Below are positions 1 through 11,865 of a stretch of 64,000 nt of DNA, piece after piece. The notes below the pieces were generated by a model. It did not search any database. It was not told the origin of the DNA and was given only the letters and a program-made list of their open reading frames with translations. A program made the translations under genes and the position numbers. Positions within the stretch are counted from its first letter, which is position 1. Each line of letters starts with the position of its first letter. The stretch comes from Eledone cirrhosa (taxonomy: Eukaryota). The stretch spans positions 279,806,001 through 279,870,000 of the forward strand of contig OZ024740.1 of the NCBI GenBank assembly GCA_964016885.1, given 5' to 3'.

Positions 1-1201
1 GTGTGGTGTGATTTTCAAGAAAAGCTGCCCATGCTAAATGATGAAGCTGAAGTCCGGCGGCGAATGGTGTGCTTCAAAGAAAACGAATCACAAAAATGAC
101 TATTTGCCGGCGGAGTTACCTTTTCGATCGTGGGCCGGCCGCCCGTGGTCGGATCGATCTGTAATTACTGGTACCTGTGCAAACATACATTTGCTGTGTG
201 TGGTGTGATTTTCAAGAAAAGCTGCCCATGCTAAATGAGGAAGCTGAAGTCCGGCGGCGAATGGTGTGCTTCGAAGAAAACGAATCACAAAAATGACTAT
301 TTGCCGGCGGAGTTACATTTTTCTCGATCTTGGGCCGGCCGCCCGTGGTCGGATCGATCTGTAATTACTGGTATTTGTGCAGACACTCATTGGCTGTGTG
401 TGGTGTGATTTTCAAGAAAAGTTGCCCATGCTAAATGCGGAAGCTGAAGTCCACCAGCGAATGGTGTGCTTCGAAGAAACGAATCACAAAAATGCGAATT
501 TGCCGGCGGAGTTACCTTTTCGATGGTGGGCCGGCCGCCCGTGGTCGGATCGATCTGTACTTACTGGTATATGTGCAGACACTCATTGGCTGTGTGTGGT
601 GTGATTTTCAAGAAAAGCTGCCCATGCTAAATGAGGCAGCTGAAGTCCACCAGCGAATGGTGTGCTTCGAAGAAACGAATCACAAAAATGCGAATTTGCC
701 GGCGGAGTTACCTTATCGATCGTGGGCCGGCCGCCCGTGGTCGGATCGATCTGTACTTACTGGTATATGTGCAGACACGCATTGGCTGTGTGTGGTGTGA
801 TTTTCAAGAAAGGCTGCCCATGCTAAATTAGGCAGCTGAAGTCCACCAGCGAATGGTGTGCTTCGAAGAAACGAATCACAAAAATGCGAATTTGCCGGCG
901 GAGTTACCTTTTCGATCGTGGGCCGGCCGCCTATGGTCGGATCGATCTGTAATTACTGGTCCATATGCAGACACACGTTTGCTGTGTGTGGTGTGATTTT
1001 CAAGAAAAGCTGCCCATGCTAAATGAGGAAGCTGAAGTCCACCAGCGAATGGTGTGCTTCGAAGAAACGAATCACAAAAATGCGAATTTGCCGGCGGAGT
1101 TACCTTTTTCTCGATCGTGGGCCGGCCGCCCGTGGTCGCATCGATGTGTACTTACTGGGACTTGTGTAGACACTCATTGGCTATGAGTGGCGTGAATTTC
1201 A

Positions 1202-1298
1202 GCAAGATATCTCCGTAAAATCAATAGTTGTGGCTGTGTAACCAAACCGTGTTAAACGTCAACAAAGTTGTTGAGCGTAAGTTTGTTTACATTGAACT
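1202..1298. other. 97-bp non-satellite segment, copy 1, replacing ~125 bp of a monomer
   Basis: gcaagatatctccgtaaaatcaatagttgtggctgtgtaaccaaaccgtgttaaacgtcaacaaagttgttgagcgtaagtttgtttacattgaact. About 37% GC by hand count, with no extended match to the monomer on either strand by eye. The local period is 168 bp (1171 to 1339). Confidence 0.92.
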
Positions 1299-3735
1299 CG
1301 TGGGGGAATCGATCTGTAATTACTGGTACATGTGCAGACACACATTGGTCGTGTGTGGTGTGATTTTCAAAAAAAACTGCCCATGCTAAATTAGGCAGCT
1401 GAAGTCTACCAGCGAATGGTGTTCTTCGAAGAAAACGAATCACAAAAATGACGATTTGCCGGCGGAGTTACATTTTCGATCGTGGGCCGGCCGTCCGTGG
1501 TCGGATCGATCTGTAATTACTGGTACCTGTGCAGACATACATTTGCTGTGTGTGGTGTGATTTTCAAGAAAAGCTGCCCATGCTAAATGAGGAAGCTGAA
1601 GTCCGGCGGCGAATGGTGTGCTTCGAAGAAAACGAATCACAAAAATGACTATTTGCCGGCGGAGTTACATTTTTCTCGATCTTGGGCCGGCCGCCCGTGG
1701 TCGGATCGATCTGTAATTACTGGTATATGTGCAGACACTCATTGGCTGTGTGTGGTGTGATTTTCAAGAAAAGCTTCCCATGCTAAATGAGGAAGCTGAA
1801 GTCCACCAGCGAATGGTGTGCTTCGAAGAAACGAATCACAAAAATGCGAATTTGCCGGCGGAGTTACCTTTTCGATCGTGGGCCGGCCGCCCGTGGTAGG
1901 ATCGATCTGTAATTACTGGTACATGTGCAGACACTCATTGGCTGTGTGTGGTGTGATTTTCAAGAAAAGCTGCCCATGCTAAATGCGGAAGCTGAAGTCC
2001 ACCAGCGAATGGTGTGCTTCGAAGAAACGAATCACAAAAATGCGAATTTGCCGGCGGAGTTACCTTTTCGATCGTGGGCCGGCCGCCCGTGGTCGGATCG
2101 ATCTGTACTTACTGGTATATGTGCAGACACGCATTGGCTGTGTGTTGTGTGATTTTCAAGAAAGGCTGCCCATGCTAAATGAGGCAGCTGAAGTCCACCA
2201 GCGAATGGTGTGCTTCGAAGAAACGAATCACAAAAATGCGAATTTGCCGGCGGAGTTACCTTTTCGATCGTGGGCCGGCCGCCTATGGTCGGATCGATCT
2301 GTAATTACTGGTCCATATGCAGACACACGTTTGCTGTGTGTGGTGTGATTTTCAAGAAAAGCTGCCGATGCTAAATGCAGAAGCTGAAGTCCACCAGCGA
2401 ATGGTGTGCTTCGAAGAAAACGAATCACAAAAATGACGATTTGCCGGCGGAGTTACATTTTCGATCGTGGGCCGGCCGCCCGTGGTCGGTTCGATCTGTA
2501 ATTACTGGTACCTGTGCAGACATACATTTACTGTGTGTGGTGTGATTTTCAAGAAAAGCTGCCCATGCTAAATGATGAAGCTGAAGTCCGGCGGCGAATG
2601 GTGTGCTTCAAAGAAAACGAATCACAAAAATGACTATTTGCCGGCGGAGTTACCTTTTCGATCGTGGGCCGGCCGCCCGTGGTCGGATCGATCTGTAATT
2701 ACTGGTACCTGTGCAAACATACATTTGCTGTGTGTGGTGTGATTTTCAAGAAAAGCTGCCCATGCTAAATGAGGAAGCTGAAGTCCGGCGGCGAATGGTG
2801 TGCTTCGAAGAAAACGAATCACAAAAATGACTATTTGCCGGCGGAGTTACATTTTTCTCGATCTTGGGCCGGCCGCCCGTGGTCGGATCGATCTGTAATT
2901 ACTGGTATTTGTGCAGACACTCATTGGCTGTGTGTGGTGTGATTTTCAAGAAAAGTTGCCCATGCTAAATGCGGAAGCTGAAGTCCACCAGCGAATGGTG
3001 TGCTTCGAAGAAACGAATCACAAAAATGCGAATTTGCCGGCGGAGTTACCTTTTCGATGGTGGGCCGGCCGCCCGTGGTCGGATCGATCTGTACTTACTG
3101 GTATATGTGCAGACACTCATTGGCTGTGTGTGGTGTGATTTTCAAGAAAAGCTGCCCATGCTAAATGAGGCAGCTGAAGTCCACCAGCGAATGGTGTGCT
3201 TCGAAGAAACGAATCACAAAAATGCGAATTTGCCGGCGGAGTTACCTTATCGATCGTGGGCCGGCCGCCCGTGGTCGGATCGATCTGTACTTACTGGTAT
3301 ATGTGCAGACACGCATTGGCTGTGTGTGGTGTGATTTTCAAGAAAGGCTGCCCATGCTAAATTAGGCAGCTGAAGTCCACCAGCGAATGGTGTGCTTCGA
3401 AGAAACGAATCACAAAAATGCGAATTTGCCGGCGGAGTTACCTTTTCGATCGTGGGCCGGCCGCCTATGGTCGGATCGATCTGTAATTACTGGTCCATAT
3501 GCAGACACACGTTTGCTGTGTGTGGTGTGATTTTCAAGAAAAGCTGCCCATGCTAAATGAGGAAGCTGAAGTCCACCAGCGAATGGTGTGCTTCGAAGAA
3601 ACGAATCACAAAAATGCGAATTTGCCGGCGGAGTTACCTTTTTCTCGATCGTGGGCCGGCCGCCCGTGGTCGCATCGATGTGTACTTACTGGGACTTGTG
3701 TAGACACTCATTGGCTATGAGTGGCGTGAATTTCA

Positions 3736-3832
3736 GCAAGATATCTCCGTAAAATCAATAGTTGTGGCTGTGTAACCAAACCGTGTTAAACGTCAACAAA
3801 GTTGTTGAGCGTAAGTTTGTTTACATTGAACT
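3736..3832. other. 97-bp non-satellite segment, copy 2
   Basis: Same sequence as 1202-1298, offset by 2534 bp. Confidence 0.92.
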
Positions 3833-4891
3833 CGTGGGGGAATCGATCTGTAATTACTGGTACATGTGCAGACACACATTGGTCGTGTGTGGTGTGATTT
3901 TCAAAAAAAACTGCCCATGCTAAATTAGGCAGCTGAAGTCTACCAGCGAATGGTGTTCTTCGAAGAAAACGAATCACAAAAATGACGATTTGCCGGCGGA
4001 GTTACATTTTCGATCGTGGGCCGGCCGTCCGTGGTCGGATCGATCTGTAATTACTGGTACCTGTGCAGACATACATTTGCTGTGTGTGGTGTGATTTTCA
4101 AGAAAAGCTGCCCATGCTAAATGAGGAAGCTGAAGTCCGGCGGCGAATGGTGTGCTTCGAAGAAAACGAATCACAAAAATGACTATTTGCCGGCGGAGTT
4201 ACATTTTTCTCGATCTTGGGCCGGCCGCCCGTGGTCGGATCGATCTGTAATTACTGGTATATGTGCAGACACTCATTGGCTGTGTGTGGTGTGATTTTCA
4301 AGAAAAGCTTCCCATGCTAAATGAGGAAGCTGAAGTCCACCAGCGAATGGTGTGCTTCGAAGAAACGAATCACAAAAATGCGAATTTGCCGGCGGAGTTA
4401 CCTTATCGATCGTGGGCCGGCCGCCCGTGGTCGGATCGATCTGTACTTACTGGTATATGTGCAGACACGCATTGGCTGTGTGTGGTGTGATTTTCAAGAA
4501 AGGCTGCCCATGCTAAATTAGGCAGCTGAAGTCCACCAGCGAATGGTGTGCTTCGAAGAAACGAATCACAAAAATGCGAATTTGCCGGCGGAGTTACCTT
4601 TTCGATCGTGGGCCGGCCGCCTATGGTCGGATCGATCTGTAATTACTGGTCCATATGCAGACACACGTTTGCTGTGTGTGGTGTGATTTTCAAGAAAAGC
4701 TGCCCATGCTAAATGAGGAAGCTGAAGTCCACCAGCGAATGGTGTGCTTCGAAGAAACGAATCACAAAAATGCGAATTTGCCGGCGGAGTTACCTTTTTC
4801 TCGATCGTGGGCCGGCCGCCCGTGGTCGCATCGATGTGTACTTACTGGGACTTGTGTAGACACTCATTGGCTATGAGTGGCGTGAATTTCA

Positions 4892-4988
4892 GCAAGATAT
4901 CTCCGTAAAATCAATAGTTGTGGCTGTGTAACCAAACCGTGTTAAACGTCAACAAAGTTGTTGAGCGTAAGTTTGTTTACATTGAACT
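4892..4988. other. 97-bp non-satellite segment, copy 3
   Basis: Same sequence, 1156 bp after copy 2. The right flank reads cgtggtggaatc. Confidence 0.92.
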
Positions 4989-7900
4989 CGTGGTGGAATC
5001 GATCTGTAATTACTGGTACATGTGCAGACACACATTGGTCGTGTGTGGTGTGATTTTCAAAAAAAACTGCCCATGCTAAATTAGGCAGCTGAAGTCTACC
5101 AGCGAATGGTGTTCTTCGAAGAAAACGAATCACAAAAATGACGATTTGCCGGCGGAGTTACATTTTCGATCGTGGGCCGGCCGTCCGTGGTCGGATCGAT
5201 CTGTAATTACTGGTACCTGTGCAGACATACATTTGCTGTGTGTGGTGTGATTTTCAAGAAAAGCTGCCCATGCTAAATGAGGAAGCTGAAGTCCGGCGGC
5301 GAATGGTGTGCTTCGAAGAAAACGAATCACAAAAATGACTATTTGCCGGCGGAGTTACATTTTCGATCGTGGGCCGGCCGTCCGTGGTCGGATCGATCTG
5401 TAATTACTGGTATATGTGCAGACACTCATTGGCTGTGTGTGGTGTGATTTTCAAGAAAAGCTTCCCATGCTAAATGAGGAAGCTGAAGTCCACCAGCGAA
5501 TGGTGTGCTTCGAAGAAACGAATCACAAAAATGCGAATTTGCCGGCGGAGTTACCTTTTCGATCGTGGGCCGGCCGCCCGTGGTAGGATCGATCTGTAAT
5601 TACTGGTACATGTGCAGACACTCATTGGCTGTGTGTGGTGTGATTTTCAAGAAAAGCTGCCCATGCTAAATGCGGAAGCTGAAGTCCACCAGCGAATGGT
5701 GTGCTTCGAAGAAACGAATCACAAAAATGCGAATTTGCCGGCGGAGTTACCTTTTCGATCGTGGGCCGGCCGCCCGTGGTCGGATCGATCTGTACTTACT
5801 GGTATATGTGCAGACACTCATTGGCTGTGTGCGGTGTGATTTTCAAGAAAAGCCGCCCATGCTAAATGAGGCAGCTGAAGTCCACCAGCGAATGGTGTGC
5901 TTCGAAGAAACGAATCACAAAAATGCGAATTTGCCGGCGGAGTTACCTTTTCGATCGTGGGCCGGCCGCCTATGGTCAGATCGATCTGTAATTACTGGTC
6001 CATATGCAGACACACGTTTGCTGTGTGTGGTGTGATTTTCAAGAAAAGCTGTCCATGCTAAATGAGGAAGCTGAAGTCCACCAGCGAATGGTGTGCTTCG
6101 AAGAAACGAATCACAAAAATGCGAATTTGCCGGCGGAGTTACTTTTTCGATGGTGGGCCGGCCGCCCGTGGTCGGATCGATCTGTACTTACTGGTATATG
6201 TGCAGACACTCATTGGCTGTGTGTGGTGTGATTTTCAAGAAAAGCTGCCCATGCTAAATGAGGCAGCTGAAGTCCACCAGCGAATGGTGTGCTTCGAAGA
6301 AACGAATCACAAAAATGCGAATTTGCCGGCGGAGTTACCTTATCGATCGTGGGCCGGCCGCCCGTGGTCGGATCGATCTGTACTTACTGGTATATGTGCA
6401 GACACGCATTGGCTGTGTGTTGTGTGATTTTCAAGAAAGGCTGCCCATGCTAAATGAGGCAGCTGAAGTCCACCAGCGAATGGTGTGCTTCGAAGAAACG
6501 AATCACAAAAATGCGAATTTGCCGGCGGAGTTACCTTTTCGATCGTGGGCCGGCCGCCTATGGTCGGATCGATCTGTAATTACTGGTCCATATGCAGACA
6601 CACGTTTGCTGTGTGTGGTGTGATTTTCAAGAAAAGCTGCCGATGCTAAATGCGGAAGCTGAAGTCCACCAGCGAATGGTGTGCTTCGAAGAAAACGAAT
6701 CACAAAAATGACGATTTGCCGGCGGAGTTACATTTTCGATCGTGGGCCGGCCGCCCGTGGTCGGTTCGATCTGTAATTACTGGTACCTGTGCAGACATAC
6801 ATTTACTGTGTGTGGTGTGATTTTCAAGAAAAGCTGCCCATGCTAAATGATGAAGCTGAAGTCCGGCGGCGAATGGTGTGCTTCAAAGAAAACGAATCAC
6901 AAAAATGACTATTTGCCGGCGGAGTTACCTTTTCGATCGTGGGCCGGCCGCCCGTGGTCGGATCGATCTGTAATTACTGGTACCTGTGCAAACATACATT
7001 TGCTGTGTGTGGTGTGATTTTCAAGAAAAGCTGCCCATGCTAAATGAGGAAGCTGAAGTCCGGCGGCGAATGGTGTGCTTCGAAGAAAACGAATCACAAA
7101 AATGACTATTTGCCGGCGGAGTTACATTTTTCTCGATCTTGGGCCGGCCGCCCGTGGTCGGATCGATCTGTAATTACTGGTATTTGTGCAGACACTCATT
7201 GGCTGTGTGTGGTGTGATTTTCAAGAAAAGTTGCCCATGCTAAATGCGGAAGCTGAAGTCCACCAGCGAATGGTGTGCTTCGAAGAAACGAATCACAAAA
7301 ATGCGAATTTGCCGGCGGAGTTACCTTTTCGATGGTGGGCCGGCCGCCCGTGGTCGGATCGATCTGTACTTACTGGTATATGTGCAGACACTCATTGGCT
7401 GTGTGTGGTGTGATTTTCAAGAAAAGCTGCCCATGCTAAATGAGGCAGCTGAAGTCCACCAGCGAATGGTGTGCTTCGAAGAAACGAATCACAAAAATGC
7501 GAATTTGCCGGCGGAGTTACCTTATCGATCGTGGGCCGGCCGCCCGTGGTCGGATCGATCTGTACTTACTGGTATATGTGCAGACACGCATTGGCTGTGT
7601 GTGGTGTGATTTTCAAGAAAGGCTGCCCATGCTAAATTAGGCAGCTGAAGTCCACCAGCGAATGGTGTGCTTCGAAGAAACGAATCACAAAAATGCGAAT
7701 TTGCCGGCGGAGTTACCTTTTCGATCGTGGGCCGGCCGCCTATGGTCGGATCGATCTGTAATTACTGGTCCATATGCAGACACACGTTTGCTGTGTGTGG
7801 TGTGATTTTCAAGAAAAGCTGCCCATGCTAAATGAGGAAGCTGAAGTCCACCAGCGAATGGTGTGCTTCGAAGAAACGAATCACAAAAATGCGAATTTGC

Positions 7901-8010
7901 CGGCGGAGTTACCTTTTTCTCGATCGTGGGCCGGCCGCCCGTGGTCGCATCGATGTGTACTTACTGGGACTTGTGTAGACACTCATTGGCTATGAGTGGC
8001 GTGAATTTCA

Positions 8011-8107
8011 GCAAGATATCTCCGTAAAATCAATAGTTGTGGCTGTGTAACCAAACCGTGTTAAACGTCAACAAAGTTGTTGAGCGTAAGTTTGTTTACA
8101 TTGAACT
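8011..8107. other. 97-bp non-satellite segment, copy 4
   Basis: Same sequence, 3119 bp after copy 3. Confidence 0.92.
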
Positions 8108-11100
8108 CGTGGTGGAATCGATCTGTAATTACTGGTACATGTGCAGACACACATTGGTCGTGTGTGGTGTGATTTTCAAAAAAAACTGCCCATGCTAAAT
8201 TAGGCAGCTGAAGTCTACCAGCGAATGGTGTTCTTCGAAGAAAACGAATCACAAAAATGACGATTTGCCGGCGGAGTTACATTTTCGATCGTGGGCCGGC
8301 CGTCCGTGGTCGGATCGATCTGTAATTACTGGTACCTGTGCAGACATACATTTGCTGTGTGTGGTGTGATTTTCAAGAAAAGCTGCCCATGCTAAATGAG
8401 GAAGCTGAAGTCCGGCGGCGAATGGTGTGCTTCGAAGAAAACGAATCACAAAAATGACTATTTGCCGGCGGAGTTACATTTTTCTCGATCTTGGGCCGGC
8501 CGCCCGTGGTCGGATCGATCTGTAATTACTGGTATATGTGCAGACACTCATTGGCTGTGTGTGGTGTGATTTTCAAGAAAAGCTTCCCATGCTAAATGAG
8601 GAAGCTGAAGTCCACCAGCGAATGGTGTGCTTCGAAGAAACGAATCACAAAAATGCGAATTTGCCGGCGGAGTTACCTTTTCGATCGTGGGCCGGCCGCC
8701 CGTGGTAGGATCGATCTGTAATTACTGGTACATGTGCAGACACTCATTGGCTGTGTGTGGTGTGATTTTCAAGAAAAGCTGCCCATGCTAAATGCGGAAG
8801 CTGAAGTCCACCAGCGAATGGTGTGCTTCGAAGAAACGAATCACAAAAATGCGAATTTGCCGGCGGAGTTACCTTTTCGATCGTGGGCCGGCCGCCCGTG
8901 GTCGGATCGATCTGTACTTACTGGTATATGTGCAGACACTCATTGGCTGTGTGTGGTGTGATTTTCAAGAAAAGCCGCCCATGCTAAATGAGGCAGCTGA
9001 AGTCCACCAGCGAATGGTGTGCTTCGAAGAAACGAATCACAAAAATGCGAATTTGCCGGCGGAGTTACCTTTTCGATCGTGGGCCGGCCGCCTATGGTCA
9101 GATCGATCTGTAATTACTGGTCCATATGCAGACACACGTTTGCTGTGTGTGGTGTGATTTTCAAGAAAAGCTGTCCATGCTAAATGAGGAAGCTGAAGTC
9201 CACCAGCGAATGGTGTGCTTCGAAGAAACGAATCACAAAAATGCGAATTTGCCGGCGGAGTTACTTTTTCGATGGTGGGCCGGCCGCCCGTGGTCGGATC
9301 GATCTGTACTTACTGGTATATGTGCAGACACTCATTGGCTGTGTGTGGTGTGATTTTCAAGAAAAGCTGCCCATGCTAAATGAGGCAGCTGAAGTCCACC
9401 AGCGAATGGTGTGCTTCGAAGAAACGAATCACAAAAATGCGAATTTGCCGGCGGAGTTACCTTATCGATCGTGGGCCGGCCGCCCGTGGTCGGATCGATC
9501 TGTACTTACTGGTATATGTGCAGACACGCATTGGCTGTGTGTTGTGTGATTTTCAAGAAAGGCTGCCCATGCTAAATGAGGCAGCTGAAGTCCACCAGCG
9601 AATGGTGTGCTTCGAAGAAACGAATCACAAAAATGCGAATTTGCCGGCGGAGTTACCTTTTCGATCGTGGGCCGGCCGCCTATGGTCGGATCGATCTGTA
9701 ATTACTGGTCCATATGCAGACACACGTTTGCTGTGTGTGGTGTGATTTTCAAGAAAAGCTGCCGATGCTAAATGCGGAAGCTGAAGTCCACCAGCGAATG
9801 GTGTGCTTCGAAGAAAACGAATCACAAAAATGACGATTTGCCGGCGGAGTTACATTTTCGATCGTGGGCCGGCCGCCCGTGGTCGGTTCGATCTGTAATT
9901 ACTGGTACCTGTGCAGACATACATTTGCTGTGTGTGGTGTGATTTTCAAGAAAAGCTGCCCATGCTAAATGATGAAGCTGAAGTCCGGCGGCGAATGGTG
10001 TGCTTCAAAGAAAACGAATCACAAAAATGACTATTTGCCGGCGGAGTTACCTTTTCGATCGTGGGCCGGCCGCCCGTGGTCGGATCGATCTGTAATTACT
10101 GGTACCTGTGCAAACATACATTTGCTGTGTGTGGTGTGATTTTCAAGAAAAGCTGCCCATGCTAAATGAGGAAGCTGAAGTCCGGCGGCGAATGGTGTGC
10201 TTCGAAGAAAACGAATCACAAAAATGACTATTTGCCGGCGGAGTTACATTTTTCTCGATCTTGGGCCGGCCGCCCGTGGTCGGATCGATCTGTAATTACT
10301 GGTATTTGTGCAGACACTCATTGGCTGTGTGTGGTGTGATTTTCAAGAAAAGTTGCCCATGCTAAATGCGGAAGCTGAAGTCCACCAGCGAATGGTGTGC
10401 TTCGAAGAAACGAATCACAAAAATGCGAATTTGCCGGCGGAGTTACCTTTTCGATGGTGGGCCGGCCGCCCGTGGTCGGATCGATCTGTACTTACTGGTA
10501 TATGTGCAGACACTCATTGGCTGTGTGTGGTGTGATTTTCAAGAAAAGCTGCCCAGGCTAAATGAGGCAGCTGAAGTCCACCAGCGAATGGTGTGCTTCG
10601 AAGAAACGAATCACAAAAATGCGAATTTGCCGGCGGAGTTACCTTATCGATCGTGGGCCGGCCGCCCGTGGTCGGATCGATCTGTACTTACTGGTATATG
10701 TGCAGACACGCATTGGCTGTGTGTGGTGTGATTTTCAAGAAAGGCTGCCCATGCTAAATTAGGCAGCTGAAGTCCACCAGCGAATGGTGTGCTTCGAAGA
10801 AACGAATCACAAAAATGCGAATTTGCCGGCGGAGTTACCTTTTCGATCGTGGGCCGGCCGCCTATGGTCGGATCGATCTGTAATTACTGGTCCATATGCA
10901 GACACACGTTTGCTGTGTGTGGTGTGATTTTCAAGAAAAGCTGCCCATGCTAAATGAGGAAGCTGAAGTCCACCAGCGAATGGTGTGCTTCGAAGAAACG
11001 AATCACAAAAATGCGAATTTGCCGGCGGAGTTACCTTTTTCTCGATCGTGGGCCGGCCGCCCGTGGTCGCATCGATGTGTACTTACTGGGACTTGTGTAG

Positions 11101-11132
11101 ACACTCATTGGCTATGAGTGGCGTGAATTTCA

Positions 11133-11229
11133 GCAAGATATCTCCGTAAAATCAATAGTTGTGGCTGTGTAACCAAACCGTGTTAAACGTCAACAAAGTT
11201 GTTGAGCGTAAGTTTGTTTACATTGAACT
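11133..11229. other. 97-bp non-satellite segment, copy 5 (last in the window)
   Basis: Same sequence, 3122 bp after copy 4. It is not seen in the remaining ~52.7 kb. Confidence 0.92.
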
Positions 11230-11865
11230 CGTGGTGGAATCGATCTGTAATTACTGGTACATGTGCAGACACACATTGGTCGTGTGTGGTGTGATTTTCA
11301 AAAAAAACTGCCCATGCTAAATTAGGCAGCTGAAGTCTACCAGCGAATGGTGTTCTTCGAAGAAAACGAATCACAAAAAAGACGATTTGCCGGCGGAGTT
11401 ACATTTTCGATCGTGGGCCGGCCGTCCATGGTCGGATCGATCTGTAATTACTGGTACCTGTGCAGACATACATTTGCTGTGTGTGGTGTGATTTTCAAGA
11501 AAAGCTGCCCATGCTAAATGAGGAAGCTGAAGTCCGGCGGCGAATGGTGTGCTTCGAAGAAAACGAATCACAAAAATGACTATTTGCCGGCGGAGTTACA
11601 TTTTTCTCGATCTTGGGCCGGCCGCCCGTGGTCGGATCGATCTGTAATTACTGGTACATGTGCAGACACTCATTGGCTGTGTGTGGTGTGATTTTCAAGA
11701 AAAGCTTCCCATGCTAAATGAGGAAGCTGAAGTCCACCAGCGAATGGTGTGCTTCGAAGAAACGAATCACAAAAATGCGAATTTGCCGGCGGAGTTACCT
11801 TTTCGATCGTGGGCCGGCCGCCCGTGGTAGGATCGATCTGTAATTACTGGTACATGTGCAGACAC

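Larger units (their letters stand above)
1..11865 (+). repeat. HOR domain A: 13-, 6-, 16- and 16-monomer units marked by a 168-bp insert-bearing monomer
   Basis: Insert copies are spaced 2534, 1156, 3119 and 3122 bp apart. Variants essentially private to this domain: gaggcagct/ttaggcagct, catatgcagacacacgttt, ttacatttttctcgatct, ccttatcga, cgatggtgg, aagcttccc, gacatacattt. The right boundary is approximate. Confidence 0.9.

Noticed and set aside
270-285. CENP-B-box-like TTCGAAGAAAACGAA in 197-bp monomers
   Set aside because: It matches only 7 of the 9 core positions of TTCGNNNNANNCGGG, lacking the final GG, and the spacing is lost in standard 196-bp monomers.
557-568. gtacttactgg resembles the U1 snRNA 5' end (ATACTTACCTGG)
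   Set aside because: It is a short imperfect match created by a single variant of gtaattactgg. The remainder does not resemble U1, and there are no snRNA gene flanks.
1283-1290. Forkhead/FOXO-type motif TTGTTTAC in the foreign segment
   Set aside because: It is a single 8-mer in AT-rich DNA with no promoter or gene context, so chance is sufficient.
1202-1298. Transposon insertion as the origin of the 97-bp segment
   Set aside because: There are no terminal inverted repeats, poly(A) tail or target-site duplication, and satellite sequence is replaced rather than interrupted. An internal TE fragment cannot be excluded without a database search.
1252-1443. Minus-strand 63-aa ORF running into the foreign segment (…HEFNVNKLTLNNFVDV)
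   Set aside because: It is mostly antisense satellite. The 16 insert-derived residues are too few to support a captured gene fragment.
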